Source of the DNA: an uncultured Gemmatimonadales bacterium
GTDB taxonomy: Bacteria > Gemmatimonadota > Gemmatimonadetes > Gemmatimonadales > GWC2-71-9
Assembly (NCBI GenBank): GCA_963739455.1
Contig: CAVUAK010000003.1
Location: 224,001 to 288,000 of the forward strand
Direction: 5' to 3'
Length of the DNA: 64,000 nt
In this document: positions 43,424 through 56,235 of the stretch, piece by piece
How positions within the stretch are numbered: the first letter of the stretch is position 1
Layout: each line of letters starts with the position of its first letter
The notes under the pieces: generated by a model
What the model saw: the letters and a program-made list of their open reading frames with translations, nothing else
The model's database searches: none
Told to the model about the DNA's origin: nothing
Position numbers and translations under genes: made by a program

Positions 43424-44605
43424 GCACCACGACCACCACTCCCGCGCAGTTTCTGCAGTCGCTGGCGCAGGCACTCTCGACGATGACGCTCTACACGTCG
43501 CGCCATCCGGCGTGCGTCTCGGTCGCCGACGCCTCGTTTGCGCGACTCAAGGAACTGGTGAAGGCCGGTGAGTTCAGCGCTTCTCGTTCCTGGGCGAGGC
43601 GGTGGTGGCCAACGACAAGGCCCTCCACGAGCTGCACAGCTGGCCCTGGTCGGCGCGCTTCGTCGACATCGGCGTGCAGCGCCTCGAGTTCGACGGGATG
43701 GTGACGCGCGGCGCGTTCGGCGAGTTCCTCGACGACCTCGTGAATCGGTTGCTGTCGGGCCGGCCAGGGAACGCCGAGGTACCAAGTGAACGGCGCGGCA
43801 TCCGGTGGGGCCTGCTGGGCGTCGAGGTGCCAGGGCGACGACCTGGAAGAGGATGCCGAGCGGGAGCGGATTGGCCGCGAGTTCGTGGCATACCGGCTCA
43901 ACGAGGAGTCGGACATCGTCCGGCAGATCTACCAGCGAGCCGGCGCGCAGGGGGGCGTGGCGCTGGACGAGGTGGAGACCGTGGTGGCATCGCTGTCGGT
44001 GGCGATGCACGCCGAGGGACAGCTGCTGCTGCCGATGCTGGAGTTTCCCGGCCAGGATGCGGCGAATGCGCTGCACGCGATCAACGTGTCGCTGCTGGCG
44101 ATGACGCTGGGCGAGTCGCTCGGCATGGCGTCGCACGACGTGCACGCGGTGGGGAGCGCGGCGCTGCTGCATGATGTGGGCATCTCGGGCCTGCCGCAGG
44201 AACTGCTGGGGAAGCCGGCGCTGTCTCCCGAGGAGCGGCTCGTCATCGAGGCGCACCCGGAGATCGGCGCGCGGATGCTCTTCGCGCGAAGCGCGGTGTT
44301 CGACCTGGCGGCGATCGTGTGCTATGAGCATCACATGCGGCCGGACGGGACAGGATTTCCGCGGACACGTTTTCCGCGGGAGATGCACTACTGCAGCAAG
44401 ATCGTCGCGGTATGTGACGTGTACGACGCGCTGCGCACGCCGCGGGCATACCGTCCCGGCGTGGACGCCGCAGCGCGCGCTCGAGTTCGTCGAGGAGGGA
44501 ACCGGCACGATGTTCGATGCCGGCATTGCGCGCGCCTTTGCGGCGATGATGCGGCGGCTGGAGGGACAGTTGCTGCTGCCCGCGGTATCGAGTATCGCGG
44601 GGTAG
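43420..44605 (+). CDS. HD-GYP domain protein (putative cyclic di-nucleotide phosphodiesterase); several frameshifts
   Basis: LHAINV, ALLHDVG, HPEIGA, EHHMRPDGTGFP, DVYDALRTPRAYR and GTMFD spread over several reading frames. Confidence 0.82.
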
Positions 44606-44676
44606 GGGCCCTTACCTCACGCGGCGCGCCAGCGCGTCGAGCGAATCGGCGGGCAGCGCCCCCTGGAGCGATAGCC

Positions 44677-45654
44677 TCACCCCATCCGCCTCCCATATCC
44701 GCCGCTGGACTGCTGCAGGAGCCGCGGCTGGAGCCGCTGCTCTTCCCGCCGCGAATCCCTGTGCCTGTGCCTGTGCCACCTTCTCCTTCTCCGGAAGACC
44801 CTGCTCCGCGACCGCCTGTTTCGTGGTGACTTCGTCCCTGGCCAGCTTGTGACCAGTTTCGAGGCTACGCCGCGCTGCACCAGGATCACTGGCACGCCTC
44901 CGACGAGGTAAGTCTGCCGCACCTCAGTCAGGGTGTCCGTCCCTGTCCGGACGACTTCCACCGATTGTGGCGTGAGGCTGTCAATGAAGAGCAGGCGCCC
45001 CCCGACACGGGCCTCGGCTTCTGCGAGCGTCAGTGCCTGGCTCGCTGTGGCCTTCGCCGCGACCGCGTCAGTGGAGCGAAGCGCCGCATTGGCGATGTCA
45101 TGCTCAGGAACCGCGGCAGCCTCGTCCTTCCTCGCTTCCGGTTTGGCTACCACGCCACTCGCCTCGGCGCTCGGGTTACCAGGCAGCTTGAAATCCTCGC
45201 CGGCCTCCTGCCCCGCTGGGCGGGGCGGCGCCATGTCAGCGGGTGCGGCTGCGGGGGCGGGCGTCGTGACGTCAACTTCCACACGTTCCTGCGCCGGGAA
45301 TGGCAGGGCGATGCCCGACACGGTGTCCGCCACTTCCCGGTGCTGGGATGCATTCGGCGAGCGAAACAGCACCCACGAGGTACCGGCGACGAGCAGGGCA
45401 CTCGCCGCGAGCCCCAGCAGGCGCAGGTCCCGGCGCGGGGCGCGCGCGGACCGCACTTGACGCACGGGGAGTGGTGGATCGAGGTCGAGGCGGGACACGA
45501 TGGTGTCAGCCTCCGCCTGGATGCCCTTCAATTCTGCGAGCGCGGTGGTGCAGGGGGCACACCCGGCGATGTGCGCGCGAACGACCGCCTCATCAGCGGG
45601 AGCGAGCTCGCCGTCGAGCAGTTCCTGCAGCACGCCATCGTCAGGATGCGACAT
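44677..45654 (-). CDS. Zinc-finger (HxxxCxxC) transmembrane anti-sigma factor; 3' end uncertain
   Basis: HPDDGVLQELLDGEL...HIAGCAPC, one TM helix; overlaps the ECF sigma stop. Confidence 0.8.
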   Translation of the reverse strand: MSHPDDGVLQELLDGELAPADEAVVRAHIAGCAPCTTALAELKGIQAEADTIVSRLDLDPPLPVRQVRSARAPRRDLRLLGLAASALLVAGTSWVLFRSPNASQHREVADTVSGIALPFPAQERVEVDVTTPAPAAAPADMAPPRPAGQEAGEDFKLPGNPSAEASGVVAKPEARKDEAAAVPEHDIANAALRSTDAVAAKATASQALTLAEAEARVGGRLLFIDSLTPQSVEVVRTGTDTLTEVRQTYLVGGVPVILVQRGVASKLVTSWPGTKSPRNRRSRSRVFRRRRRWHRHRHRDSRREEQRLQPRLLQQSSGGYGRRMG

Positions 45655-46135
45655 GACGCTTCTCCTCCTCGCGGTAGGCGTCCACCAGCTTCCGGCGGGC
45701 GCGGACCAGCGTTGTTCCAATGGCACCGCGCGCCATCCCCAGCGTCGCGGCGATCTCGTCGTAGTTGAACCCCTCGGCCTTGAGCAGCAGCGCTTCGCGG
45801 TCGCGATCACTCAGCTCAGCGAGGGCGCGCTGCACGCGGCTGCGATCCTCCTCGCGGATGTACTCCTCGTCGGGGGCAGGCGTGCCGCTCGGTGATTCGC
45901 CGCGAATGAGCTCGAGATGGCGTCCCCTGCGCACCGATCGGCGTCCTTCCTCCCGCACCAGGTTCAGGGCCACGGCGAAGAGCCAGGGGCGGGGATTGTA
46001 GGGTGGCGCTTCCACGGCCCGGGCAAAGGTCTCCTGGGCCAGGTCTTCGGCACGATCACGGTCCCCCGTCCGCCGATACAGCATGCGGACGAGTGGCTCA
46101 TAGTACTGCTCGAAGAGGGCGCCGACGTCGGTCAT
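45641..46135 (-). CDS. ECF-family RNA polymerase sigma factor
   Basis: AEDLAQETF, PWLFAVALNL, ALAELSDRDREALLL..GFNYDEIAATLG...TTLVRARRKL. Confidence 0.92.
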   Translation of the reverse strand: MTDVGALFEQYYEPLVRMLYRRTGDRDRAEDLAQETFARAVEAPPYNPRPWLFAVALNLVREEGRRSVRRGRHLELIRGESPSGTPAPDEEYIREEDRSRVQRALAELSDRDREALLLKAEGFNYDEIAATLGMARGAIGTTLVRARRKLVDAYREEEKRHVAS

Positions 46136-46244
46136 GAAAACAGGGGATGCCTCCGTGCCGGAAACGTACACAGGTCCCCCTCGAGTCCTCACGCCCCCAC
46201 GCCCTCACGCCTATATTTCCGGGAGCCCGAAGAGGAGCCAATCC

Positions 46245-48576
<2,332 letters not shown>

Positions 48577-48853
48577 GGGCCAGACGTGGCACGACCCCTC
48601 GGGCCGACGTACATGAACCGGTACCGGCAGGGGCCGGGTTGCGGAACGGTGGATACGTGGACGGGGGTCGCCGGGGTAGGACCATGCAGCGGGCGTGCCG
48701 TGACAGCGGGCGCCCGTATCGCTTTTCCGGCGCTGGATTCAGGGGTGGCTGGGGAACGCGTGAGGAGGAACTGCGACAGCGTGAGGAGCAACCGCAACTG
48801 CGTCGGGCGGGGCGGAGGAACCAGGCGCGGAAGCACCAACGGCGGAGAGGTAC

Positions 48854-49370
48854 ATGGATCAACCGGTGATTCGAACGTACCTGGAGATGAAGGCCAGGCC
48901 GGAGGCGGGTCCCGCCGCGGCGCCGGATGGGGTGCACGTGGAGCGACTGGCGTCGTGCCCGCCCGAGCTCTACCGACAGCTCTACGCTGAGGTGGGCCGG
49001 CAATGGAGCTGGTTCGAGCGGCTGTGGTGGACTGATGACGAGCTTGCGGCGCACCTCGCGCGGCCGGAGGTGTCTGATCCGGGTGCTGCACCTGAACGGC
49101 AATCCGTCCGGCTACTACGAACTCGTCAGGCACGCCAACGGGTCAGTGGAGATCGGGTATTTCGGGCTGATGTCACACGCGATCGGGGCAGGGCTTGGGC
49201 GCTGGCTGCTGGGAGAGGCGGTGGGTGAAGCGTGGAGCATGGGAGCATCCCGCGTCTGGCTGCACACCTGCACCCTGGACCATCCCCGGGCCCTGCCGAA
49301 CTACCTGAAGGCAGGATTCACGATCACCGGTACGGAGCAGGTGGGAGCGCCCACGGCGCCAGGGAGCTAG
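48854..49370 (+). CDS. GNAT-family acetyltransferase; frameshift near 49075
   Basis: RTYLEM, YRQLYAEVGRQWSW, EIGYFGL..IGAGLG, RVWLHTCTLDHPRALPNY.KAGF. Confidence 0.85.
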
Positions 49371-49399
49371 CCGAGGACATCGGAGTGCGCGGAACGGCT

Positions 49400-49428
49400 G
49401 CCCCGGGACAAATTCCGGGGCCTTTTTT
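49400..49428 (+). terminator. Rho-independent terminator
   Basis: GCCCCGG-GACAAATT-CCGGGGC followed by CTTTTTT. Confidence 0.75.
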
Positions 49429-49445
49429 ATGCACAATGCACACAA

Positions 49446-49535
49446 AATATGTGCACATAATGCGCACTTATGATGAGTATCACCTAATAGATATTACCTA
49501 TCATGTAACGAATGTGCGCATTTTGTGCACATATT
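49446..49535. repeat. AT-rich island with a 22-bp inverted repeat (1 mismatch, 46-bp spacer)
   Basis: AATATGTGCACATAATGCGCAC (49446-49467) and GTGCGCATTTTGTGCACATATT (49514-49535). Confidence 0.85.
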
Positions 49536-49582
49536 GCACATAATTTGTTGACTACCAAGCAAGGAGTGACTAACGTGGTTGA

Positions 49583-50271
49583 GTGGCCGGTGGCTCCCTC
49601 TGTGAATCGCACAGCCGGGTGACCGTCGGTGCAGGCGCAGGCAAGGAGGCTCTCTCATGTGGTCGGTCGGCGGGATGGTTCGCGGCGTTGGCCTTGGTGG
49701 TCTGTGGCTCGGTGTGGCGGGGTGGTGTCAGCCCGGCAGCAGCCCAGGTCCTGAACAACGTGGTGCGGCCGGCCTCCAATGCGAATGCGAGCGTATTCAC
49801 GCCACCGGCCGGCTTGGCTTCGGGATATATCGATCGCGATCCAGAGCGACTGGAACCGTCCGGACGTGATGCAGATCTGCGCTGTCGACGGCGGTGAATC
49901 GGTGACCGGCCGACTCACCTGGACCGGTGCAGCGTACGTCGGCGTGCTCCGGCGCGAATCGAAGTACACGCGAGTGTGGTGTCCATGGCACCGGGCAGTG
50001 CGTGGTCTCGGTGGCGGGATCAGGCGACGTGCAGGTCTCCGGCGAGGTGAAGGACGATGAAGGCGCCCCGGCCCTTTACTTGCGATGGTCACCGGCGCGG
50101 GACACGGAGGTCGAGGTGGAGGGAAGCTGCCCCGCGTCATACCGGAAGGCACTGGCCCGGATGTACAGCACCGCTACCCACGCAGTGCTGATGCCGCTGC
50201 CCAAGGCGGGCGAAGGAGAGGTCGCGCTGGCGCTCGATGATCAACCGTGGAAGGTGCGGGTCTCGCCGTAG
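49583..50271 (+). CDS. Putative secreted hypothetical protein, fragmented by frameshifts
   Basis: Signal-peptide-like segment ending AAAQ in 49583-49897 and a codon-biased continuation in 49927-50271. Confidence 0.45.
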
Positions 50272-50302
50272 AGGCGGGTGGCTGGGGTGAACTGCTGACT
50301 GC

Positions 50303-50373
50303 GTGAGGGGTGAGGAGTGAAGGGTGAGGGGGTCGTGGCCGCGACCCTCCCCCTCACCCCTTACCCCTCACTC
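50303..50373. repeat. Head-to-head heptamer array GTGAGGG x4 / CCCTCAC x3 between convergent genes
   Basis: GTGAGGG GTGAGGA GTGAAGG GTGAGGG, central dyad GGTCGTGGCCGCGACC, then CCCTCAC CCCTTAC CCCTCAC. Confidence 0.85.
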
Positions 50374-50374
50374 G

Positions 50375-51750
50375 TTAGTTGGGCGCGAGCTTCGCTGTAA
50401 AGTGTCGCAGGAAAGGCGCCTGTTCCGTGATGCGATAGCCGCCCACCTTCGCGCGGTTCTGCCAGATCTCCAGGATCGCTTCGACGACGTAGTCGATGTG
50501 GCTCTGGGTGTAGACGCGGCGCGGCACGGCGAGGCGCACCAGCTCCATGGGCGCCGCATGCTCCTGGCCGGTCTCCGGATCGCGACGGCCGAACATCAGG
50601 GTGCCGATCTCGACCGCGCGGATGCCCGCCTCGCGATACAACTCCACCACCAGGGCCTGTCCCGGGAGGTCGAGCGGCTTCAGGTGCGGCAGGAAGGCCG
50701 CGGCGTCGATGTAGATGGCGTGCCCGCCGGGCGGCTGCACGATCGGCACGCCGGCGTCGGAGATGTGCTCGCCGAGGTAGCGTGGTGGAGGTGATGCGGT
50801 ACAGCAGGTAGTCCGGGTCGAGCGCCTCATATAGGCCGGTCGCGATGGCATCGAGGTCGCGGCCTGCCAGGCCGCCGTAGGTCGGGAAACCCTCGGTGAG
50901 GATGAGCAGGTTCTGCTGGTCCATCGCGAGGCGGGCATCGTTGGTGGCGAGGAAGCCGCCGATGTTGGCCATGCCGTCCTTCTTCGCCGACATGGTGCAC
51001 CCGTCGGCCAGTGAGAACAGTTCCCGCGCAATGTCGATGGGGCGCGCGGTGCGACTGCCCCTCCTCGCGCAACTTGATGAACCAGGCATTCTCGGCGAAG
51101 CGGCAGGCATCGATGTAGAGCGGGATGCCGTGCTTCCGGCAGACCGCCGACACCGCGCGCACGTTGGCCAGCGATACCGGCTGCCCGCCGCCGGAGTTGT
51201 TGGTGATGGTGAGCATGCAGACCGGGATCTTCTCGCGCCCCACCTCGGCGATGAGCCGCTCCAGCGCGGCGACGTCCATGTTGCCCTTGAAGGGATGCCG
51301 CGTCTGCGGCTGGCGCCCCTCGGGGATGACCAGGTCCACCGCCTTGGCGCCGGTGAACTCGACGTTGGCGCGGGTGGTGTCGAAGTGGGTGTTGTTGGGC
51401 ACCACGTCGCCAGGCTTGCAGAGGGTGGCGAAGAGGATCTTCTCGGCGGCGCGGCCCTGGTGCGTCGGGAGCACCTGGCTGAAGCCGAAGATGTCCTGCA
51501 CGGCGGCGAGGAAGCGGAACCAGGAGCGGCTGCCGGCGTAGGCCTCGTCGCCACGCATGATCGACGCCCACTGCTCGGCGCTCATCGCCGCGGTGCCGCT
51601 GTCGGTGAGGAGGTCGATGAGCACGTCTTCCGCCTTGAGCAGGAAGACGTTGTAGGCCGCCTCGCGCAACCGCTCCTCGCGCTCGGCGGGGGTCGTGAGA
51701 TGGATCGGCTCGACGGACTTGATCTTGAACGGCTCGATGATGGTCTTCAT
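50375..51750 (-). CDS. tnaA: Tryptophanase (beta-eliminating lyase); frameshifts near 51045 and 50780
   Basis: [37 protein letters not shown]-lysine motif MSAKKD (tyrosine phenol-lyase usually MSGKKD), [22 protein letters not shown]. Confidence 0.85.
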
Positions 51751-51843
51751 GGGCGGGAAGATACTGCCTGAGACCTGAACGTCGAGATCTGCGTCACCCG
51801 GCAAGGCGTCGCGGCGTCGCCCGTCGCCTAATAGCTTGCGGGC

Positions 51844-54051
51844 ATGTCATCTACCGAAACCCTGCCGGGCATGGTGCCGTTCCTGCCCCTCATCTACGTC
51901 GCCTGGGCCGACGGCGAGCTCACCGCCGACGAGTTGGGCGCCTTCCGGGCCGCCATCCACCGGCAGCCCGGCATCGATGCACTATCCCTTGCTGCGCTCG
52001 ACCGGTGGCTCGACCCCGAATTGCCCCTGACAGCGACGGAGCTCGAGGACCTGCTGGACCGGATCCACCAGCACCGTGACAGCTACTTGCGCGCCGACAG
52101 CGGTACCGGGGTCCGCGAAGTGGCGGGTGCGCTCGGCATGCCGTACGAGGAGGTAGTGCGGGAACTCCTGGGCGCGGTCGCGCCGGAGGCGCCATCGGCC
52201 GCCGCCTTGCGACTCGATACGGCGGCGATGCAGCAATTCCTCGATGGCAGCGAGCGCGAGGCAAGGCAGAAGATGCGGGCCTTGCTCTCAAGGCCGGCGT
52301 TCGCGTATCGCCAGGGCATGTCCACCGAGGCATATCGCCAGCAGGTGTTCGACTGGCTGCAGGTGATCGCGCGCGCGGGCTTCGGGGCGCGTGGGCTTCC
52401 GGTGGCACTGGGCGGCGGCGGCGACCTTGCGGGATTTCTCGCGGCGTTCGAGACAATCGGCACGCATGACCAGAGCTTGACGGTCAAGTTCGGCGTGCAG
52501 TTCGGGCTGTTCGCCGGGAGCATCTACATGCTCGGCACCGAGCGGCATCACCGCTGGCTGCGTGACGCGGCGAGCGGCTCGCTGCCGGGCTGCTTCGCCA
52601 TGAGCGAGCTGGCGCACGGGTCGAACGTGCGCGACCTGCGGACAACGGCGCGCTTCGATCCCGCGACCGACGAATTCGTCGTGCACACGCCGGACGAGGC
52701 GGCGCGGAAGGAATGGATCGGAAATGCGGCAGTTCACGGCCAGATGGCGACGGTCTTCGCCCAGCTTTACACCGGCGACACCTGTCACGGGGTGCATGCG
52801 CTGCTGGTGCCGCTGAGAGACGCCGAAGGCACGGCGTTTCGGGGCGTACGCCTCGCGGATGGCGGCGAGAAGATGGGACTCAACGGTGTGGACAATGGGA
52901 GCATCTGGTTCGACCAGGTCCGGGTGCCGCGGACCAACCTGCTCAATCGCCATGGCGATGTCGCGGCCGACGGTACCTACAGCAGCCCGATCGCGAGTCC
53001 GGATGCGCGGTTCTTCACCATGCTCGGCACGCTGGTGAGCGGACGGATCACGGTCGCGCGCTTCGCACTGAGTGCAGCGAAGAGCGGGCAGGCGATCGCG
53101 GTGCGGTACGCAGGACGCCGGCGCCAGTTTGGTCCCGCGGGTGGGGCGGAGCGCTTGCTGCTCGACTATCAGTCGCACCAGCGCCGCCTCATGCCGGCGC
53201 TGGCCACGACGTATGCGTGTGACTTCGCGCTCAAGGCGCTGACAAGGCGCTATCTCGCATTCGACGCCGAGGCGCAGCGCGAGGTGGAAGTGCAGGCGGC
53301 GGGGCTCAAGGCATACGTGACATGGCACGTGACGTCGGCGCTTCAGGCTGCGCGGGAGTGCTGCGGTGGGCAGGGATTCCTGGCGGTGAACCGGATCGGC
53401 ACGCTCAAGAGTGATTCCGATGTCTACACGACCTTCGAGGGCGACAACACGGTCCTGATGCAGCTGGTGGCCAAGGGCCTGCTGACAGATTACCGGCAGC
53501 AGTTCGGCAGCATGCGCCTGGGGGGTGTCATTCGCTTCCTGGCGGCACGCGCACAGCGCCGGCTGGTCGCATCGAATCCCATGGCGGCGCGAAACACCGA
53601 CGAGGGGCACCTGCGTGACCCGGAGGCGCAGGCGTTCCTGCTGCGCTACCGCGAGGAGCGACTGCTCGGCTCGGTGGCGAGCCGGCTCAAGCAGCTGCTC
53701 GACGATGGCACGGACCCATTCGATGCCTTCACGCAGTGCCAGGATCACCTGCTGCAGGTGGCGCATGCATATGTGGAGCGACTGGTCGCGACAGAATTCC
53801 GTGCCGCGATCGCGACGGCGCCGGCCTCGGTGCGTTCGGTGCTGAAGGACCTTGCCGACCTGCATGTGCTGAGTGGCCTCGAGCGCGATGCGGCGTGGTT
53901 CCTGGCGGCCGGCGTGATGGAAGGCAACAAGGCGAAGGCGATCCGGAACCTGACGCTCACGCTGTCGGCGTCCCTCGCGCCGGTGGCTGAGGGACTGGTG
54001 GATGCGTTCGGGATCCCGGATTCGGTACTGGGGGCGCCGATCGCCGTCTAG
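51844..54051 (+). CDS. Acyl-CoA oxidase/dehydrogenase family protein
   Basis: KFGVQFGLF, GCFAMSELAHGSNV, KEWIGNAA, KMGLNGVDNG, ARECCGGQG, TTFEGDNTVLMQ. Confidence 0.92.
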   Translation: MSSTETLPGMVPFLPLIYVAWADGELTADELGAFRAAIHRQPGIDALSLAALDRWLDPELPLTATELEDLLDRIHQHRDSYLRADSGTGVREVAGALGMPYEEVVRELLGAVAPEAPSAAALRLDTAAMQQFLDGSEREARQKMRALLSRPAFAYRQGMSTEAYRQQVFDWLQVIARAGFGARGLPVALGGGGDLAGFLAAFETIGTHDQSLTVKFGVQFGLFAGSIYMLGTERHHRWLRDAASGSLPGCFAMSELAHGSNVRDLRTTARFDPATDEFVVHTPDEAARKEWIGNAAVHGQMATVFAQLYTGDTCHGVHALLVPLRDAEGTAFRGVRLADGGEKMGLNGVDNGSIWFDQVRVPRTNLLNRHGDVAADGTYSSPIASPDARFFTMLGTLVSGRITVARFALSAAKSGQAIAVRYAGRRRQFGPAGGAERLLLDYQSHQRRLMPALATTYACDFALKALTRRYLAFDAEAQREVEVQAAGLKAYVTWHVTSALQAARECCGGQGFLAVNRIGTLKSDSDVYTTFEGDNTVLMQLVAKGLLTDYRQQFGSMRLGGVIRFLAARAQRRLVASNPMAARNTDEGHLRDPEAQAFLLRYREERLLGSVASRLKQLLDDGTDPFDAFTQCQDHLLQVAHAYVERLVATEFRAAIATAPASVRSVLKDLADLHVLSGLERDAAWFLAAGVMEGNKAKAIRNLTLTLSASLAPVAEGLVDAFGIPDSVLGAPIAV

Positions 54052-54075
54052 CGCGATCGCCTTGCGCGATCGCGG

Positions 54076-54591
54076 ATGCGGTCATTACTTGGCTGCATGC
54101 GCAGGATCCTCGCTGGACCCGCAGTCATGCTATTCCTCGCGGCGTGCGCGAAGCCGGAAGCACCGCCTCCCACCGAGCCCGACCTCGCATCGGCGGCGGT
54201 CTTCGTCGATTCCTTCATCGCATCACTGGCTCATCCGGACGCGCCAAGCCTCATGCGGCTGGACACCGCCGATTTCGTGTGGGCCCGGAGCGGCGCGCTG
54301 CTCAGCGCCGATTCGCTGGGTGCGCTGCTGGCTGCGCAGCGGACCGCGAAGAAGGAAATCGTGCTGGGCACGAGTGATGTGCAGCTGACGCCGCTGGGCC
54401 CGCGGGCAGCCGTGTGGTCGGGCATCGTGTCGGGCGTGGTACAGGATTCCCTGGGGAAGCAGCAGCAGGTACGGGGCGCGCTGACGCTGGTGCTGCGCCA
54501 GGACGGCACCAACTGGGTCATAGCCGCAGGGCATGAATCGGTGCGGCCGTTCGATGATGCGCACGAAGCGGCCGCCGCGGGGTCGCACTGA
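54076..54591 (+). CDS. NTF2/SnoaL-like (DUF4440-type) lipoprotein
   Basis: Lipobox LAAC; C-terminal LTLVLRQDGTNWVIAAGHES. Confidence 0.72.
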   Translation: MRSLLGCMRRILAGPAVMLFLAACAKPEAPPPTEPDLASAAVFVDSFIASLAHPDAPSLMRLDTADFVWARSGALLSADSLGALLAAQRTAKKEIVLGTSDVQLTPLGPRAAVWSGIVSGVVQDSLGKQQQVRGALTLVLRQDGTNWVIAAGHESVRPFDDAHEAAAAGSH

Positions 54592-54593
54592 CT

Positions 54594-54998
54594 GTGCGCG
54601 CGGCGTGGTGCAGTGCCATCGCGATGACGGCCGCGTCGGCGCTCGCCGCGCAGGCGATCGCAACGCCGCCGCGTCCCCCGCGCCCGGCGCCACGTCCCCC
54701 ATGTTGCTCCACGTACTACGTCGACGGGCTCGTCACCTCGGGCTACACCACTGGCGTGGTGCAGGTGAGCGGCGCGCTCGCGCCGACCGCTCCGCCGGAA
54801 CCCAGGGCGGAGTCACCGGGCGCACTGCCAGGCGGTGGGATGGCATGGGTCGCCGGCTACTGGGTGTGGAATGGTTCGGCGTTCGTGTGGGATGCCGGTC
54901 GCTGGATGCCAATTCCCGTCGGCTCCACGAGCTGGGTACCGGGTCGATGGGAGAGCCGCACTGACGGCTTCGCGTGGGTGGCGGGCCGATGGACGTAG
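54594..54998 (+). CDS. WXXGXW-repeat secreted protein
   Basis: WVAGYW, WDAGRW, WVPGRW, WVAGRW repeats. Confidence 0.75.
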   Translation: MRAAWCSAIAMTAASALAAQAIATPPRPPRPAPRPPCCSTYYVDGLVTSGYTTGVVQVSGALAPTAPPEPRAESPGALPGGGMAWVAGYWVWNGSAFVWDAGRWMPIPVGSTSWVPGRWESRTDGFAWVAGRWT

Positions 54999-55022
54999 GA
55001 CAACCAATCATGGAGGTCTGAG

Positions 55023-55574
55023 ATGCCGACAGCTTCAGTAGCCCGGGCGCTCGCTGGGAACTGGTCCTCGCTCGCGTTGCGCGGGGTGTGCGCGCTGCTG
55101 TTCGGCATCGCGTCGTTCATGTGGCCGGGGCTGACCGTTGCGACGCTGGTGCTGATCTGGGGAGCGTATGCCCTGATCGACGGCGTCCTCGCGCTGCTGT
55201 CGGGCTTCCGCTCGAAGATCTGGTCGCTGGCATTCATCGGGGTCGTTGGCATCCTCGCCGGCGTGGGCACGTTCCTCTATCCCCAGATCACCGCACTGGT
55301 GCTGCTGTACTTCATCGCGTTCTGGGCCATCGTGACGGGCATGACCGCCGTCTACCTGGCGATTCGCCTGCGCAAGGAACTCACGGGTGAGTGGGTGCTG
55401 GCGCTGGCGGGGCTGCTCTCGGCGGCGTTTGGTGTCATGCTCATCACCCGGCCCGGTCAGGGCGCCCTGACGGTCGTGTTCCTGATCGCGTGCTACGCCG
55501 TGACGTATGGCGTGCTGTTGATCTGGCTGGCCTTCAAGCTGCGCGCCCTTCCGAACAAGCTCGCGACTGCGTAA
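55023..55574 (+). CDS. HdeD/DUF308 family membrane protein
   Basis: WSSLALRGVCALLFGI...WPG.T...GAYALIDG; six TM segments; GGAGG RBS. Confidence 0.85.
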   Translation: MPTASVARALAGNWSSLALRGVCALLFGIASFMWPGLTVATLVLIWGAYALIDGVLALLSGFRSKIWSLAFIGVVGILAGVGTFLYPQITALVLLYFIAFWAIVTGMTAVYLAIRLRKELTGEWVLALAGLLSAAFGVMLITRPGQGALTVVFLIACYAVTYGVLLIWLAFKLRALPNKLATA

Positions 55575-56207
55575 TGCTGCTGGAGCACGTCAGTATCGCA
55601 TCGCGGGTGCTCGCGGGGCTGGAGCACCACGGCTACCCGCTGCTGGCGGGCAGCCTGCTGATCAACAACATCGGCGTTCCGGTGCCGGCGGAGTCGGTGC
55701 TGCTCACCGCGGCGGGGCTGGCGAAGGAAGGGCACTTCCGGTTGCCGCTGGTGTACCTCACCGGGGTGCTGGCGGCGGTGGGTGGGGACAACGCGGGGTT
55801 CATGCTTGGACGGCAGCTCGGCCGCGAGGTGCTGTCGCACCGATTCAGCCTGCTGCTCACGCCCAAGCGGATTGCCTGGCTCGACCGATTGCTCGATCGC
55901 TGGGGCGCCGGTGCCATCTTCATCGTCCGGTTCGTTCCCGGCGTCTCGACGGTCTCGGCGGTGCTGGCGGGGTCCTCCAACCTGCCCTGGCGCGACTACC
56001 TGCTGGGCAACGTCACCGGTGGGCTGGCGTGGGTCGCCTGGATCTGTACCCTGGGCTACTACGGCAGCGAGTGGGGTGAGCGGCTGAAGCCGATCTGGTC
56101 GGGCGTGCATCGCGCCACGTGGATGCGCGCTGGTCGCGGCAATCGTCATCGCGATCGCCGGCAAGATGTACATGCGCCGCCGGTCGGCGGCGTCCAGCCA
56201 GGAGTGA
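55574..56207 (+). CDS. DedA-family membrane protein; frameshift near 56127
   Basis: GVPVPAESVLL, GDNAGFMLGR, AIFIVRFVPG, LLGNVTGGLAW. Confidence 0.85.
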
Positions 56208-56235
56208 GCGCCGGGCGACTATCTTCTCGGCCTCG

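Noticed and set aside
48758..48803. Two imperfect 21-bp tandem units (GCGTGAGGAGGAACTGCGACA) considered as a CRISPR remnant
   Set aside because: Only two adjacent degenerate copies, no spacers and no cas genes.
49427..49550. Replication origin (TTATGCACA resembles a DnaA box)
   Set aside because: Only degenerate matches and no dnaA, dnaN or other origin-linked genes nearby.
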